64,000 bases of DNA from Spirochaetaceae bacterium (GTDB taxonomy: Bacteria > Spirochaetota > Spirochaetia > DSM-2461). Location of the stretch: positions 441,968 to 505,967 of the forward strand of contig JAOPTT010000002.1 in the NCBI GenBank assembly GCA_051531975.1, written 5' to 3'. Made by a program: the position numbers and the translations under genes. Shown here piece after piece: positions 21,281 through 30,481 of the stretch. The notes under the pieces were generated by a model that saw only the letters and a program-made list of their open reading frames with translations, was not told the origin of the DNA and searched no databases. Within the stretch, counting starts at the first letter, position 1. Every line of letters starts with the position of its first letter.

Positions 21281-21368
21281 TTTTTATTTAATACGTGGTA
21301 CGTTAATTAGTAAAGAAATCATTTGTATTGAATAAAGTCATATATTAAACTGTTAAATAGAGGGCTAA

Positions 21369-22121
21369 ATGGAATGGGATGATAAATACTCTATTGGTAT
21401 AAAAGAGATTGACGATCAACACAAACAACTATTCAAGTTTATTAAGAAATATAAAGAGAGAGAGAAATTACTAAAACTGCTACTAAACTATGCCAGATAT
21501 CATTTTCATTCTGAAGAACTATTTATGGAAAAAATTAAATATCCTGAATTGCAGTCTCATAAAGAAAAACATAGTGTTTTAATACATGAACTAGAAAGTA
21601 TCTTATTAAATCCGGAAGATACTATTATATACAACCCAAAGGACTTTCATCCCTTTTTAATTTCATGGATTATAGACCATATAATAGAAGATGATGTTCT
21701 AATTGGAAAATTCTACGATCCTAAAAGTCAAAAACATCAGACCACTCAAGATATCTTAGAATACAACATTAAAAAATTAAAACTACTAAATAAATATGAA
21801 GTATTGCCATTAAATGAAATAGAGATTAAAAGGGATAATTTTATACAAAAGGTATTTGCAAGCAAAAAGATAGATGACTTAAAATCCCTTCTGGAGAACT
21901 TAGAAGTTATTGATAAGATAGCTAACAAAGGTAAACTTTACCCTCATGAAATATTAAGAACAAAAATGCAGATAATAAAAATAATAGACCTTGAAAATAT
22001 AATAGAGACAGAACCAGATATGGAGAAAAAACTAGAAGCTCTTAATATGTTTGAAGATCAGGGTTTAATTACTAAAGAGTATTTTGATAATGTTAAAACT
22101 AGTTTACTAAACTTCATGTAA
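21369..22121 (+). CDS. bacteriohemerythrin with C-terminal SHOCT-like repeats
   Basis: EWDDKYSIGIKEIDDQH, HFHSEE, HKEKH, DHIIEDD; tail LEALNMFEDQGLITKEYFDNVKTSLL. Confidence 0.85.
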   Translation: MEWDDKYSIGIKEIDDQHKQLFKFIKKYKEREKLLKLLLNYARYHFHSEELFMEKIKYPELQSHKEKHSVLIHELESILLNPEDTIIYNPKDFHPFLISWIIDHIIEDDVLIGKFYDPKSQKHQTTQDILEYNIKKLKLLNKYEVLPLNEIEIKRDNFIQKVFASKKIDDLKSLLENLEVIDKIANKGKLYPHEILRTKMQIIKIIDLENIIETEPDMEKKLEALNMFEDQGLITKEYFDNVKTSLLNFM

Positions 22122-22179
22122 TATCTGTTGTTCTATAATGTGCAATAGTCTAAAATTAGGTTAAATACAGGAGAGACTA

Positions 22180-22506
22180 ATGGATAATGTAACAGATAAA
22201 ACAGGTTTTGATAATAAATTAAAACAGGATAAAATAGTAATAGCAACTTTTATAGTAGATTGGTGCCCGGATTGCCACTTTATAGACCCATTTATAGATA
22301 ATATAATAAAAAAGTTTGAGTCAGACATTTATGCTTTTAGTGTAAATGTTGACCAAGTTCCAGAAGTAAAACAGGAACATAATGTTTCTGGTATTCCTAG
22401 CTTTATTGCATTTAAAGATGGAAAAGAGATCCATAGATTTGTAAGTAGACAGAGGAAAACTGAGCAGGAGATAACTACATTTTTTAGTGAATCTTTAAAT
22501 AAATAA
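22180..22506 (+). CDS. thioredoxin-family protein
   Basis: WCPDC, GIPSF. Confidence 0.92.
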   Translation: MDNVTDKTGFDNKLKQDKIVIATFIVDWCPDCHFIDPFIDNIIKKFESDIYAFSVNVDQVPEVKQEHNVSGIPSFIAFKDGKEIHRFVSRQRKTEQEITTFFSESLNK

Positions 22507-22547
22507 TAACAATATCCTTTGATAATTAATCTGATGTTAAGTACCGA

Positions 22548-24581
22548 TTAATTATCTAGGATTTTACTTTCTAGGTTTTTAAATTCTGTGATATCTTGCC
22601 CTGCACCATAAACATATAAAGCTATACCTTTTTTATCTCTTAAGATCTCTATTTTAGATGTAATGCATATAATTTTTTTATCAAGCTCTCTAAGATATAA
22701 CCAGGTTGAATTATAGGAAAGATCAGTACTGTTTATAGCTTCATCAAATAATTTAACTAATTTTTTCCCTAACTCTTTATTTGTAGAAATTATATTATCC
22801 TTCCACCTACCAACCTCTATGTAGGTAACATTATTTGCTAGGGATATTCCTAAAAGATCAAACCACTGCTTACTTCCATAAATTCTATCTGGGTATTTAT
22901 CATAATCAATATACCAGGTACCTGATTTAGATAACCTATGTGCCAAATCAGAACTTATTTTCTCTCTTCTTAATAGTTCCTTTCTTTTATATACATCTGA
23001 AACATCTCTAAAATTAAGAATTGCTCCCTGGATATTACCGTTATCATCTAATATAGGTGCTGCGGAATCAGCTATATGATATCGATCTGCATTTTTGCTA
23101 ATTAGTACTGTATGATTCTCCAGAGTCTGTATTTCCCCTGTTTTAAATACAAGAGTAAGAGGATTAGGTTGTTTCTTTCCGGTATTACAATCAATTATGT
23201 TAAATATGTCTTGTATACTTTTCCCATTTGCTTTTTCAATGGTCCAACCGGTTAATTTCTGGGCTACTGGATTCATCCTGGCTACATAACCAAATTTATC
23301 AACTACTATTATACCATCACCAATGGAGTTTAATGTAACTTCTAATTTTTTTTCATTATCTAAAACTCTTTGAAGAAGTAACCCTCTTTCAGCTTCCATA
23401 GATTCTTTTTTTTGTAGAGATTGAACCAAAGAATTAAAATTTTCACTTAATATACCGATCTCATCATTTCTTTTAACATCCAAAAGTTTAATTTTAGATA
23501 CTCCAGAAACCGCTAACATATCAAGGTTCCTACTTATATTAGATATTGGATTAATTGATTGAAATATAATTACGTAAAAAAGAGTTAATAAAACTATTAT
23601 TATTATGATTAAAAAACCTAACAACCGGCTAAGGTACTCTTTAATATGTTCGTCTATAATTTGTATAGGTATAGTAACCCTAAGATACCAAATATTATCA
23701 ATAGATTTAGGTTTCACTGGAATAAAAAAGTCAAAAACATCGCTGTTTAAGTATTCAGAATAATGCTCAATTTCTATTCTTTTACCTTTTTTAAAATCAT
23801 CAAATACCCATGGTTCATAATCTTTAAATGATAACTTTTGACCTTCGTATGCCCCGTCTGGATGGTATACAAATAACTGATTTGAAGCGATAAAACTTAT
23901 AGAGCTACCATCGAATATAGAGATTCTTGACATTGAATCACTTAGAAATTTCCAATTAATCTCAGTCCCTGTATACCCAATAGTTTTATTTTGGATAGTT
24001 ATAGGCACCGAAAAACTAGATAAAAAGATATCTTCTCCATCGTTCATTGTATAAGTATATGGATCTAATAAAATAGGTCCATCATGACTATCAACATCAA
24101 TATACCACTGCTCTTCCAAAAAATTCCCTAAGGATTCCCTAACAAGTCCTTTACCAGTCATATCATGCCACCATGTACTAAAGTTTCCTGTTTTACCGTG
24201 CCATTTTTGTCCTATATACTCTTGGTTTTTATTATCAAAACTATCATCTTTAAAAACTGCCCAAACGCTGTATCTCATAGGGTCTTTTAAAGCAATATTT
24301 TTAATAATTAAATTAACCTGTTCCCGAGTTGGAGTTCCTTCAGAAATAATATAATTAAGTAATAATGCCTGGGAATTTACCTTTTCAAGATATATATCTA
24401 ACATGTGAGCTAATTGTACCGATTCAACTTTTGCTAATAGTTCAATCTCATTTCGGATCTGTTTTAAATATATGTCTGATTCGTTTTTTACGATTATTGG
24501 AATGGAAATAGATAAAATGATTATTATGACAACTGTAAATAACAGTACTAATTTATTTGAGAAAGTTAATATACTTTTCAC
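22548..24581 (-). CDS. membrane sensor protein (dCache-HAMP-PAS-PAS) with no recognisable output domain
   Basis: two TM helices, LDPY dCache, RNDEIGIL HAMP, SIGDGIIVVD...MNPVAQKLTGW PAS; ends just after QDITE. Confidence 0.8.
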   Translation of the reverse strand: MKSILTFSNKLVLLFTVVIIIILSISIPIIVKNESDIYLKQIRNEIELLAKVESVQLAHMLDIYLEKVNSQALLLNYIISEGTPTREQVNLIIKNIALKDPMRYSVWAVFKDDSFDNKNQEYIGQKWHGKTGNFSTWWHDMTGKGLVRESLGNFLEEQWYIDVDSHDGPILLDPYTYTMNDGEDIFLSSFSVPITIQNKTIGYTGTEINWKFLSDSMSRISIFDGSSISFIASNQLFVYHPDGAYEGQKLSFKDYEPWVFDDFKKGKRIEIEHYSEYLNSDVFDFFIPVKPKSIDNIWYLRVTIPIQIIDEHIKEYLSRLLGFLIIIIIVLLTLFYVIIFQSINPISNISRNLDMLAVSGVSKIKLLDVKRNDEIGILSENFNSLVQSLQKKESMEAERGLLLQRVLDNEKKLEVTLNSIGDGIIVVDKFGYVARMNPVAQKLTGWTIEKANGKSIQDIFNIIDCNTGKKQPNPLTLVFKTGEIQTLENHTVLISKNADRYHIADSAAPILDDNGNIQGAILNFRDVSDVYKRKELLRREKISSDLAHRLSKSGTWYIDYDKYPDRIYGSKQWFDLLGISLANNVTYIEVGRWKDNIISTNKELGKKLVKLFDEAINSTDLSYNSTWLYLRELDKKIICITSKIEILRDKKGIALYVYGAGQDITEFKNLESKILDN

Positions 24582-24623
24582 ATTATGTTCCTTTTATCCA
24601 TTACTTAAATGATAGGAACTGAG

Positions 24624-24637
24624 TTGACCTAGGTCAA
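24624..24637. promoter_or_regulatory. perfect 14-bp palindrome TTGACCTAGGTCAA, candidate Crp/Fnr-family binding site
   Basis: TTGA-N6-TCAA geometry, about 45 bp upstream of the 24581 start. Confidence 0.45.
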
Positions 24638-24679
24638 GGAATTTTAAATATAATTCCCGCCTAGGTATATAGAAAAAAG

Positions 24680-24919
24680 TTAATAGTTTTTACCAGCTGG
24701 TTTAACGTTTGCAGCATTAGATGCTGAACATGGAGTTACTCCATAAACTGCACCACATTCACATTTACCTTCAAATGTTTTCATGATAAAAGATTCACCA
24801 CACTCTGTACACTCTATGATTAGTGGTGCAGGCATATTCTCTCCTGCAAACCCCATCATTCTAATTTTATCAACTACTTGTTGTCCACTACCAAATGAAC
24901 CTGAACATCCGTCATGCAT
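24680..24919 (-). CDS. small Cys-rich putative metal-binding protein
   Basis: MHDGCSGSF, CTEC, CECG, TPC; GGAG RBS; last gene of the GTPase/ABC operon. Confidence 0.75.
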   Translation of the reverse strand: MHDGCSGSFGSGQQVVDKIRMMGFAGENMPAPLIIECTECGESFIMKTFEGKCECGAVYGVTPCSASNAANVKPAGKNY

Positions 24920-24939
24920 ATCTTATTACTCCTATAAGT

Positions 24940-25932
24940 TTAGTTTAATTTTTCACCATGCCGTAGGGCATTTCGTAATACTGCTTGTCTATTATCTAAA
25001 ACTTCTAGTTCTGCTAAGATCTCTCTCTCTTTCTCAGAAGTCTCGATTATTTTATCAATTCCACCATTTTTAATAACTATTCTTCTGTTACCTAATAGTG
25101 CTAATGTAGGATCGTGGGTAGCCAGTAGAACAATTTTATCCTCTGATAATAGTAGGTCTAAAGCTCTTTTTCTATCGATACCTGCATTCTCAATTTCATC
25201 AATTAAAATAACAGGAGATTTACTAAGTGTTGCAGTATCAGCGATCATTAAAGCTCTAGATTGCCCACCACTTAAACTAGTAATTGGAGTATTTGGTGCA
25301 AATCTCTCTCCTGCTAAATCGTTGGCATTATGAATAATAGTTTTAACAACATTCTCAACATCTTCTATCATTCGACTCTCTGCATGCATTGTTACAAACT
25401 CTTCTACACTTAAGTCCATAACAAAGTTCATGTTTTGAGATAACTGAGCAACTAACTTATCCGAGATTGAAAATCTCCATTTAGAATCTGGCTGCTCGTT
25501 ATTAACTAAAACTCTTCGATTTGTTGGTGTATCGCACTGGGCAACCCACTCAATATCACCTAATAGTCTACTTTTCCCGGAACCTGTAGGCCCAACTATA
25601 CAAACTATTTCACCTTGTTTTAATTCAAGTTTCTCATACTTCTCTGGTGCTCCAGATTTATCTGTTCCTGGGAATATTGTAATAGATGTAACTTCATCTG
25701 ACCCATCTGATAAAAATTCTGCCATCTGCTCAATAAAAGATTCAAGGTTCTCTTCTAACTGATTTATGTTAATAGCTAGTTCTTCCTGTTCGTCTTTATC
25801 TAAAAGATTAATAATCTCTCTTAATGTTTTATCTTCATTACCTTTAAACTGGATATCGTTATCATCTAAAAATGATGATAAAAAAGGGTAAGCCGTTAAT
25901 AACTGGCTTATAGTTTTTTTATTTGGGCTCAC
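24940..25932 (-). CDS. ABC-type ATPase with an N-terminal DUF1858-like extension
   Basis: GPTGSGKS, LSGGQ, ILIDE, ATHD. Confidence 0.9.
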   Translation of the reverse strand: MSPNKKTISQLLTAYPFLSSFLDDNDIQFKGNEDKTLREIINLLDKDEQEELAININQLEENLESFIEQMAEFLSDGSDEVTSITIFPGTDKSGAPEKYEKLELKQGEIVCIVGPTGSGKSRLLGDIEWVAQCDTPTNRRVLVNNEQPDSKWRFSISDKLVAQLSQNMNFVMDLSVEEFVTMHAESRMIEDVENVVKTIIHNANDLAGERFAPNTPITSLSGGQSRALMIADTATLSKSPVILIDEIENAGIDRKRALDLLLSEDKIVLLATHDPTLALLGNRRIVIKNGGIDKIIETSEKEREILAELEVLDNRQAVLRNALRHGEKLN

Positions 25933-26635
25933 TGTTTTCCCCTTTCTCTAAATCTATTTTTCTAACGTTACCCATCTGATAACTTTCACCTATTCTAGTT
26001 TCACCTAAACAGTATGAACATAGAGCAGAAGGCATACTAAATCGTAGTTTTTTACCTTTAAGGCTTACAACTTCTTCCATATCATCTGCTGTTAACAGAG
26101 TACTTAACTCAAAACATCCCTGTCCTGTTAATCCGTTAACATTTAATATAATAGCTTTAGGGTTTACAGCCTGAACACGAGACGCAAATACTTCTCTCTC
26201 AGCCTGGGATACAATGTCCCCTTTAGTAATTACAATAATATCCGCAGTTTTTAACATTGGACCAATTTTTTTAGGTGTATTAATTCCACTTAAATTATCA
26301 ATGACACAGATAGCTTTAATGTCCTTAATATATGGTGAACATCTGTTACAAAGTCCAGCTGACTCACTTATTAGTAGGTCAAAATTGTTTTCTATACCCC
26401 AATCGGCAACTGCTTCAATGTTTGAAACAAAGTAGTGGTCTGGACAGAGACTACCTGATAATCCTTTCTTAACTGGAACTCCAGCTTTTCTATAAAGTAC
26501 ATCGTCGTCTGTATATAGACAGTCAAACTTTACAACTGCTGGGGTAATATCTCTTTTTCTAACAGCATCAATAGTTTTTAATATTACCGATGTTTTACCT
26601 GATGATGGTGGTCCTGAAAATGTAACTAGATTCAT
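25919..26635 (-). CDS. G3E-family (HypB/UreG-like) metallochaperone GTPase
   Basis: GPPSSGKT, LCPDH, ESAGLCNRC, TKGD, CSYC. Confidence 0.88.
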   Translation of the reverse strand: MNLVTFSGPPSSGKTSVILKTIDAVRKRDITPAVVKFDCLYTDDDVLYRKAGVPVKKGLSGSLCPDHYFVSNIEAVADWGIENNFDLLISESAGLCNRCSPYIKDIKAICVIDNLSGINTPKKIGPMLKTADIIVITKGDIVSQAEREVFASRVQAVNPKAIILNVNGLTGQGCFELSTLLTADDMEEVVSLKGKKLRFSMPSALCSYCLGETRIGESYQMGNVRKIDLEKGENSEPK

Positions 26636-26640
26636 ATCTA

Positions 26641-27867
26641 CTACTCCTCAACTGCACTATTAAATAGGTCCATGCAGATGTTTATAATTTCAGTTATATC
26701 ATTATTGTATATAAAATCCCAACCTAAAAATCTAAATGTATTCTCTTCCGGTATTTTATTATCAATATTTGGGTTAACAGATGGAAAATATCCTTTATCT
26801 CTTAATAACTCCCCTACACCATCTGATTCAAAGTACTCAACAATATCTTTTAAGTCAGCTACCTTCTCTTTTTTAGAAGCTATAAATACTGGGCTTAAAA
26901 TTGCACCATCTTTTGGCCATACTACTTCTAATGGAGTTCCTGGGAATACCATTTTAGTAAAAAACCAAGGTAGTACTGTAACTGCTGGTTTATCTTCTCC
27001 GGCTGTTGTTTTATTTTTAACCATTTGTGCTGGGTGCATTGAACTTAATAGGTTTCGACCCAGGGCTTTAATTGACTCTGGTCCCTTCTCTTTATACAGA
27101 GTTAAAATAACTGCATTAAAAAGGTCTAAGTCTTCTACTGGTAAGGATAACGAGTTTTCAAACTCAGGTGATAATAACTCATCCCATGTTTCTGGTTTTT
27201 TACGTCCATTTAACTCGTCGTTATTAACTAAAAATATTGCAGGTACACCGGCTAATATTGAGTAGTTACCTTTAGGGTCTTTAAGATCTAACCCATCGTA
27301 ACACTTATTAAAACTATCTAGTCCTGACATGTCACTAAATACACCGTTATCTCTATATTTACCAATTAGGTCGTTATCGAAGAACAACTCAAAACCAGCT
27401 GATATAAATAGGTCTGGAATGTCGTTAACATCTGCAGCTTCACGAACTTCGTCTTCTAACCAACCAATTCCACCTGATGCTGACTTTAACCTGTAATTAA
27501 CTCCAACATCGTGTTTTTTGTAATATCCTTTAGAGAACTCTTTAAATCCGTCTAGTAGTGGTATCTTAACAGGACAAGGTAATACTCCTGCAATATCGAC
27601 AGTGTTATCACTCTCAGATAAACCTTCACCTTCGTCTGTCATTTCTGCTTTTTGTCTAATAACTTCACTGAGCATTTCTAAAAATATCTTTGCATTCTTT
27701 TTCTTTGATTTCATTGCCATATCGAAGGTAATAGCACTACCCATGACTTTTCTTTTTGATGGTATCTGTAATTGTGGAAAACCATTTGCAACAAAAACGT
27801 CTACCGTTTCAGGGTATCGCTCTGTTATATCAAAAAGTGTATCTGTAATCTTTATTTCTTCTTTCAT
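26641..27867 (-). CDS. DUF1858 domain fused to a substrate-binding-protein fold, no signal peptide
   Basis: ITERYPETVDVFVANGF DUF1858-like; LPCPVK; PETWDELLSPEF; VVWPKDGA; start taken at ATG 27867. Confidence 0.75.
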   Translation of the reverse strand: MKEEIKITDTLFDITERYPETVDVFVANGFPQLQIPSKRKVMGSAITFDMAMKSKKKNAKIFLEMLSEVIRQKAEMTDEGEGLSESDNTVDIAGVLPCPVKIPLLDGFKEFSKGYYKKHDVGVNYRLKSASGGIGWLEDEVREAADVNDIPDLFISAGFELFFDNDLIGKYRDNGVFSDMSGLDSFNKCYDGLDLKDPKGNYSILAGVPAIFLVNNDELNGRKKPETWDELLSPEFENSLSLPVEDLDLFNAVILTLYKEKGPESIKALGRNLLSSMHPAQMVKNKTTAGEDKPAVTVLPWFFTKMVFPGTPLEVVWPKDGAILSPVFIASKKEKVADLKDIVEYFESDGVGELLRDKGYFPSVNPNIDNKIPEENTFRFLGWDFIYNNDITEIINICMDLFNSAVEE

Positions 27868-27900
27868 GCTTTTACTATAATACCTAATAGGAAATGATAT

Positions 27901-27918
27901 CAGTAACAAATGATACAG
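27901..27918. promoter_or_regulatory. imperfect palindrome CAGTAACAAATGATACAG, candidate HcpR-like (Crp/Fnr) site
   Basis: resembles CTGTAAC-N4-GTTACAG type dyads; about 35 bp upstream of the operon start. Confidence 0.35.
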
Positions 27919-27966
27919 GTTATGTAGATTTATAATATTTATTTGAAATGGTTTGATAATGAAGTT

Positions 27967-27998
27967 GGGTGTTACCCTGTAAACAGGGTCGGGCTATC
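27967..27998. repeat. REP-like GC-rich hairpin element
   Basis: GGGTGTT-ACCCTG-TAAA-CAGGGT-CGGGCTATC; related ends at 34255-34356 and 45652-45686. Confidence 0.4.
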
Positions 27999-28024
27999 TG
28001 TTTTTGGTAATATTTATATAAGCC

Positions 28025-28059
28025 AATACTCCGTCCTATAAAAAATAGGAAGGAGTATT
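28025..28059 (-). terminator. hairpin after the MCP gene, probable terminator
   Basis: AATACTCCGTCCTAT...ATAGGAAGGAGTATT, 15-bp stem with one mismatch, about 10 nt after the stop. Confidence 0.55.
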
Positions 28060-28069
28060 AAAAGTGTTC

Positions 28070-30178
28070 TTACTCAGTTTTAAAAGCATCAAACTTATTT
28101 TGTAATTCATCGACTATAACTTCTAAATTTTTAGCATAGTTAATCATTAACTGCATTGAAGTTACAATCTCCTTTGCCCCAGTTTGACTTTCTGCCATAC
28201 CTTGAGTTACCTGCTCAGACACTTCTTGTATTTTACTTGAAGTAACCATCATGGATTTAGTTCCATCTTTAATCTCATTACTACCAGATTTAATACTAAT
28301 GGTGACGTCATTTATATGACTTGAAGCTTCTAATACTTGCTGTCCTCCAATATTTAACTCTTCAACCGATGATTCAATTTCTATAAAAGCATCTATGGTA
28401 TCAGATATTTCATGTAATATTGAATCAAAAGCTAATGAGGTAGTATCAACATTTTTATCAGCTACACTAACAGAGGTTGTTATGTTTTTTATCATATTTG
28501 TTATATTTTCAGATGATCCAGCACTTGTTTCAGCAAGCTTTCTAATCTCATCGGCAACTACGGCAAAACCTTTTCCTGCATCCCCTGCATGGGCAGCTTC
28601 TATAGCGGCATTCATGGATAACAGATTAGTCTGAGATGCAATATCATTTATAGTAGTAGCCATCTCCTGGATAGACTGAATTTGGTCAACAACTTGTTTA
28701 AACGCAGAAGAAGTCTCATCTATTTTATTTTTTCCCTCATTAGCCATTTTAGAAAGAGATTTTGTTGTCTCTTTTTTACTAAGGGTTATTTGAGCAACAT
28801 TTTTTAAGGATGCAATCATCTCTGTAATAGAAGCTGTAGACTCTTCTACCATTGCAGCTTGGTCATTTATCTGATTATCAATTGAGTTTACATTAGATAA
28901 TATTTGTTCAATTGCAGTAGCATTCTCATTAATATTTTCATCTAGAGTGTTAATCTGCCCACCTATGCTATTAAGATTTGAACTAATTTCTTCAACTGCG
29001 GTTGTGGATTCGACTGTAGATCCAACAATACTCTCTTTAACAGCATTGGAATCAACTACTGCGCTTTTAACATCAATAATAAGATATTTAAGTTTACTTA
29101 CAAACTTATTAACACTAATAGCTAATTCTCCAACTTCATCGTTACTTTGAACTATGATTTCATTGGTAAGATCCCCTTCTCCCTCTGCTAGTATCATCAT
29201 CTTTTTATTTAATTCATTTAGAGGATTACCAACTAATACTCTTAATAATAGAATAATTACTATTGCCAATAAAACACCTACAATTAAAGAAGCCATTGTT
29301 AATATTTTATCCAATTGTTTTACTGGTTCTATATAGGGGGCTACAAATACAGATGCACAAAAAATACTATCACCAACTTTTTTATATGACATAAACTTTT
29401 TAGTATCTTCTAATGTATAATAAAAAGAACCAAATTCTTTACCTATTAAATACTTACCCCAATCATAATTATCTACTACATTGTCGCCAATTAATTTTCG
29501 ATTTTTATGTTTTTCTACTATACCTTTAGAATCAATTACAAATACAGAACCACCAAAGTCATCTACTTTAAAAGAGTCCACTATATTTTGAAGATCAACT
29601 CTTTTTGTAACTTCCTGTAAAACACTTGCGTTCATACCTATCTGAACAATACCAGGTTTATCTAATCTAGAAACACTAATATATTGAAAGAGAACATTAT
29701 CGACTGCTCTTAATTGTGGTTCTTGAGCCAATGAATAACTAGAATCATCTAATATCTTTAAAAAGGGTTTAGTTTGCTCAGAGGTATTAAAATCAAAACC
29801 AAAAAAGCCTTCTACAGATCCCCACCTAAGTACACCTTTATCATCTGTTACATGGATTTCATCTACACCAATGTTTTTAGCTAATTCGATATAATCATTG
29901 CTAGATAAATCTTCAGAACGGTCTCCTAAATATATTGATAAGATTTTAGCAACCTGAGTAAAATTATGTGACATTATTTTAGTAATTGTGCCAACCTGGC
30001 CACGACTCTCTATAGCTCGATCTACCATAATATCTAATGAGAATTCTGTACTGTTAATCAAATTATCATTTAGTAACGATTTTGTTGTATTATGGGCTAT
30101 ATATGAAACAGATATCAAACCGATAAACAAAACTAAAAGAGATGGTAATAAGACCTTAATTGATATTTTTAATTTCAT
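28070..30178 (-). CDS. methyl-accepting chemotaxis protein
   Basis: two TM helices, Cache-like region, [42 protein letters not shown]. Confidence 0.96.
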   Translation of the reverse strand: MKLKISIKVLLPSLLVLFIGLISVSYIAHNTTKSLLNDNLINSTEFSLDIMVDRAIESRGQVGTITKIMSHNFTQVAKILSIYLGDRSEDLSSNDYIELAKNIGVDEIHVTDDKGVLRWGSVEGFFGFDFNTSEQTKPFLKILDDSSYSLAQEPQLRAVDNVLFQYISVSRLDKPGIVQIGMNASVLQEVTKRVDLQNIVDSFKVDDFGGSVFVIDSKGIVEKHKNRKLIGDNVVDNYDWGKYLIGKEFGSFYYTLEDTKKFMSYKKVGDSIFCASVFVAPYIEPVKQLDKILTMASLIVGVLLAIVIILLLRVLVGNPLNELNKKMMILAEGEGDLTNEIIVQSNDEVGELAISVNKFVSKLKYLIIDVKSAVVDSNAVKESIVGSTVESTTAVEEISSNLNSIGGQINTLDENINENATAIEQILSNVNSIDNQINDQAAMVEESTASITEMIASLKNVAQITLSKKETTKSLSKMANEGKNKIDETSSAFKQVVDQIQSIQEMATTINDIASQTNLLSMNAAIEAAHAGDAGKGFAVVADEIRKLAETSAGSSENITNMIKNITTSVSVADKNVDTTSLAFDSILHEISDTIDAFIEIESSVEELNIGGQQVLEASSHINDVTISIKSGSNEIKDGTKSMMVTSSKIQEVSEQVTQGMAESQTGAKEIVTSMQLMINYAKNLEVIVDELQNKFDAFKTE

Positions 30179-30273
30179 TTTATTCTCCTATAAAAAGTAT
30201 AGTATAATAAACATTAAATACAACTTTTTGTATATGTTTATATATTTATTTACAGTTAAAGATATAAAAATAG

Positions 30274-30415
30274 TTAAACATTAACATTTAAAGGAAAACT
30301 AGTTACCTCTTCTGGTCTAAAATCAACGTTACACTCAAACTTGTCAAAGTGTAAAAATGCAGTATTAATCTTAACATGCACATAACACATTTAGGATCTG
30401 ATTCATCATTATGTA
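30274..30415 (-). pseudogene. degenerate 3' fragment of a pyridoxamine-5'-phosphate-oxidase-family gene
   Basis: colinear with 42502-42642 (AAAGGAAAACTA...TCTAAAATCAACGTTA...GTATTAATCTTAAC...TTTAGGATCTGATTCATCATTATGT). Confidence 0.75.
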
Positions 30416-30481
30416 AAAAACATTAAAATTTAGAGTGGAAATTAAAACGTTTGTTCATTATCATTAAACAGAGGTACTATC

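Noticed and set aside
26672..27265. 197-aa plus-strand ORF and the many other short ORFs opposite long genes
   Set aside because: Antisense shadows with no motifs or RBS
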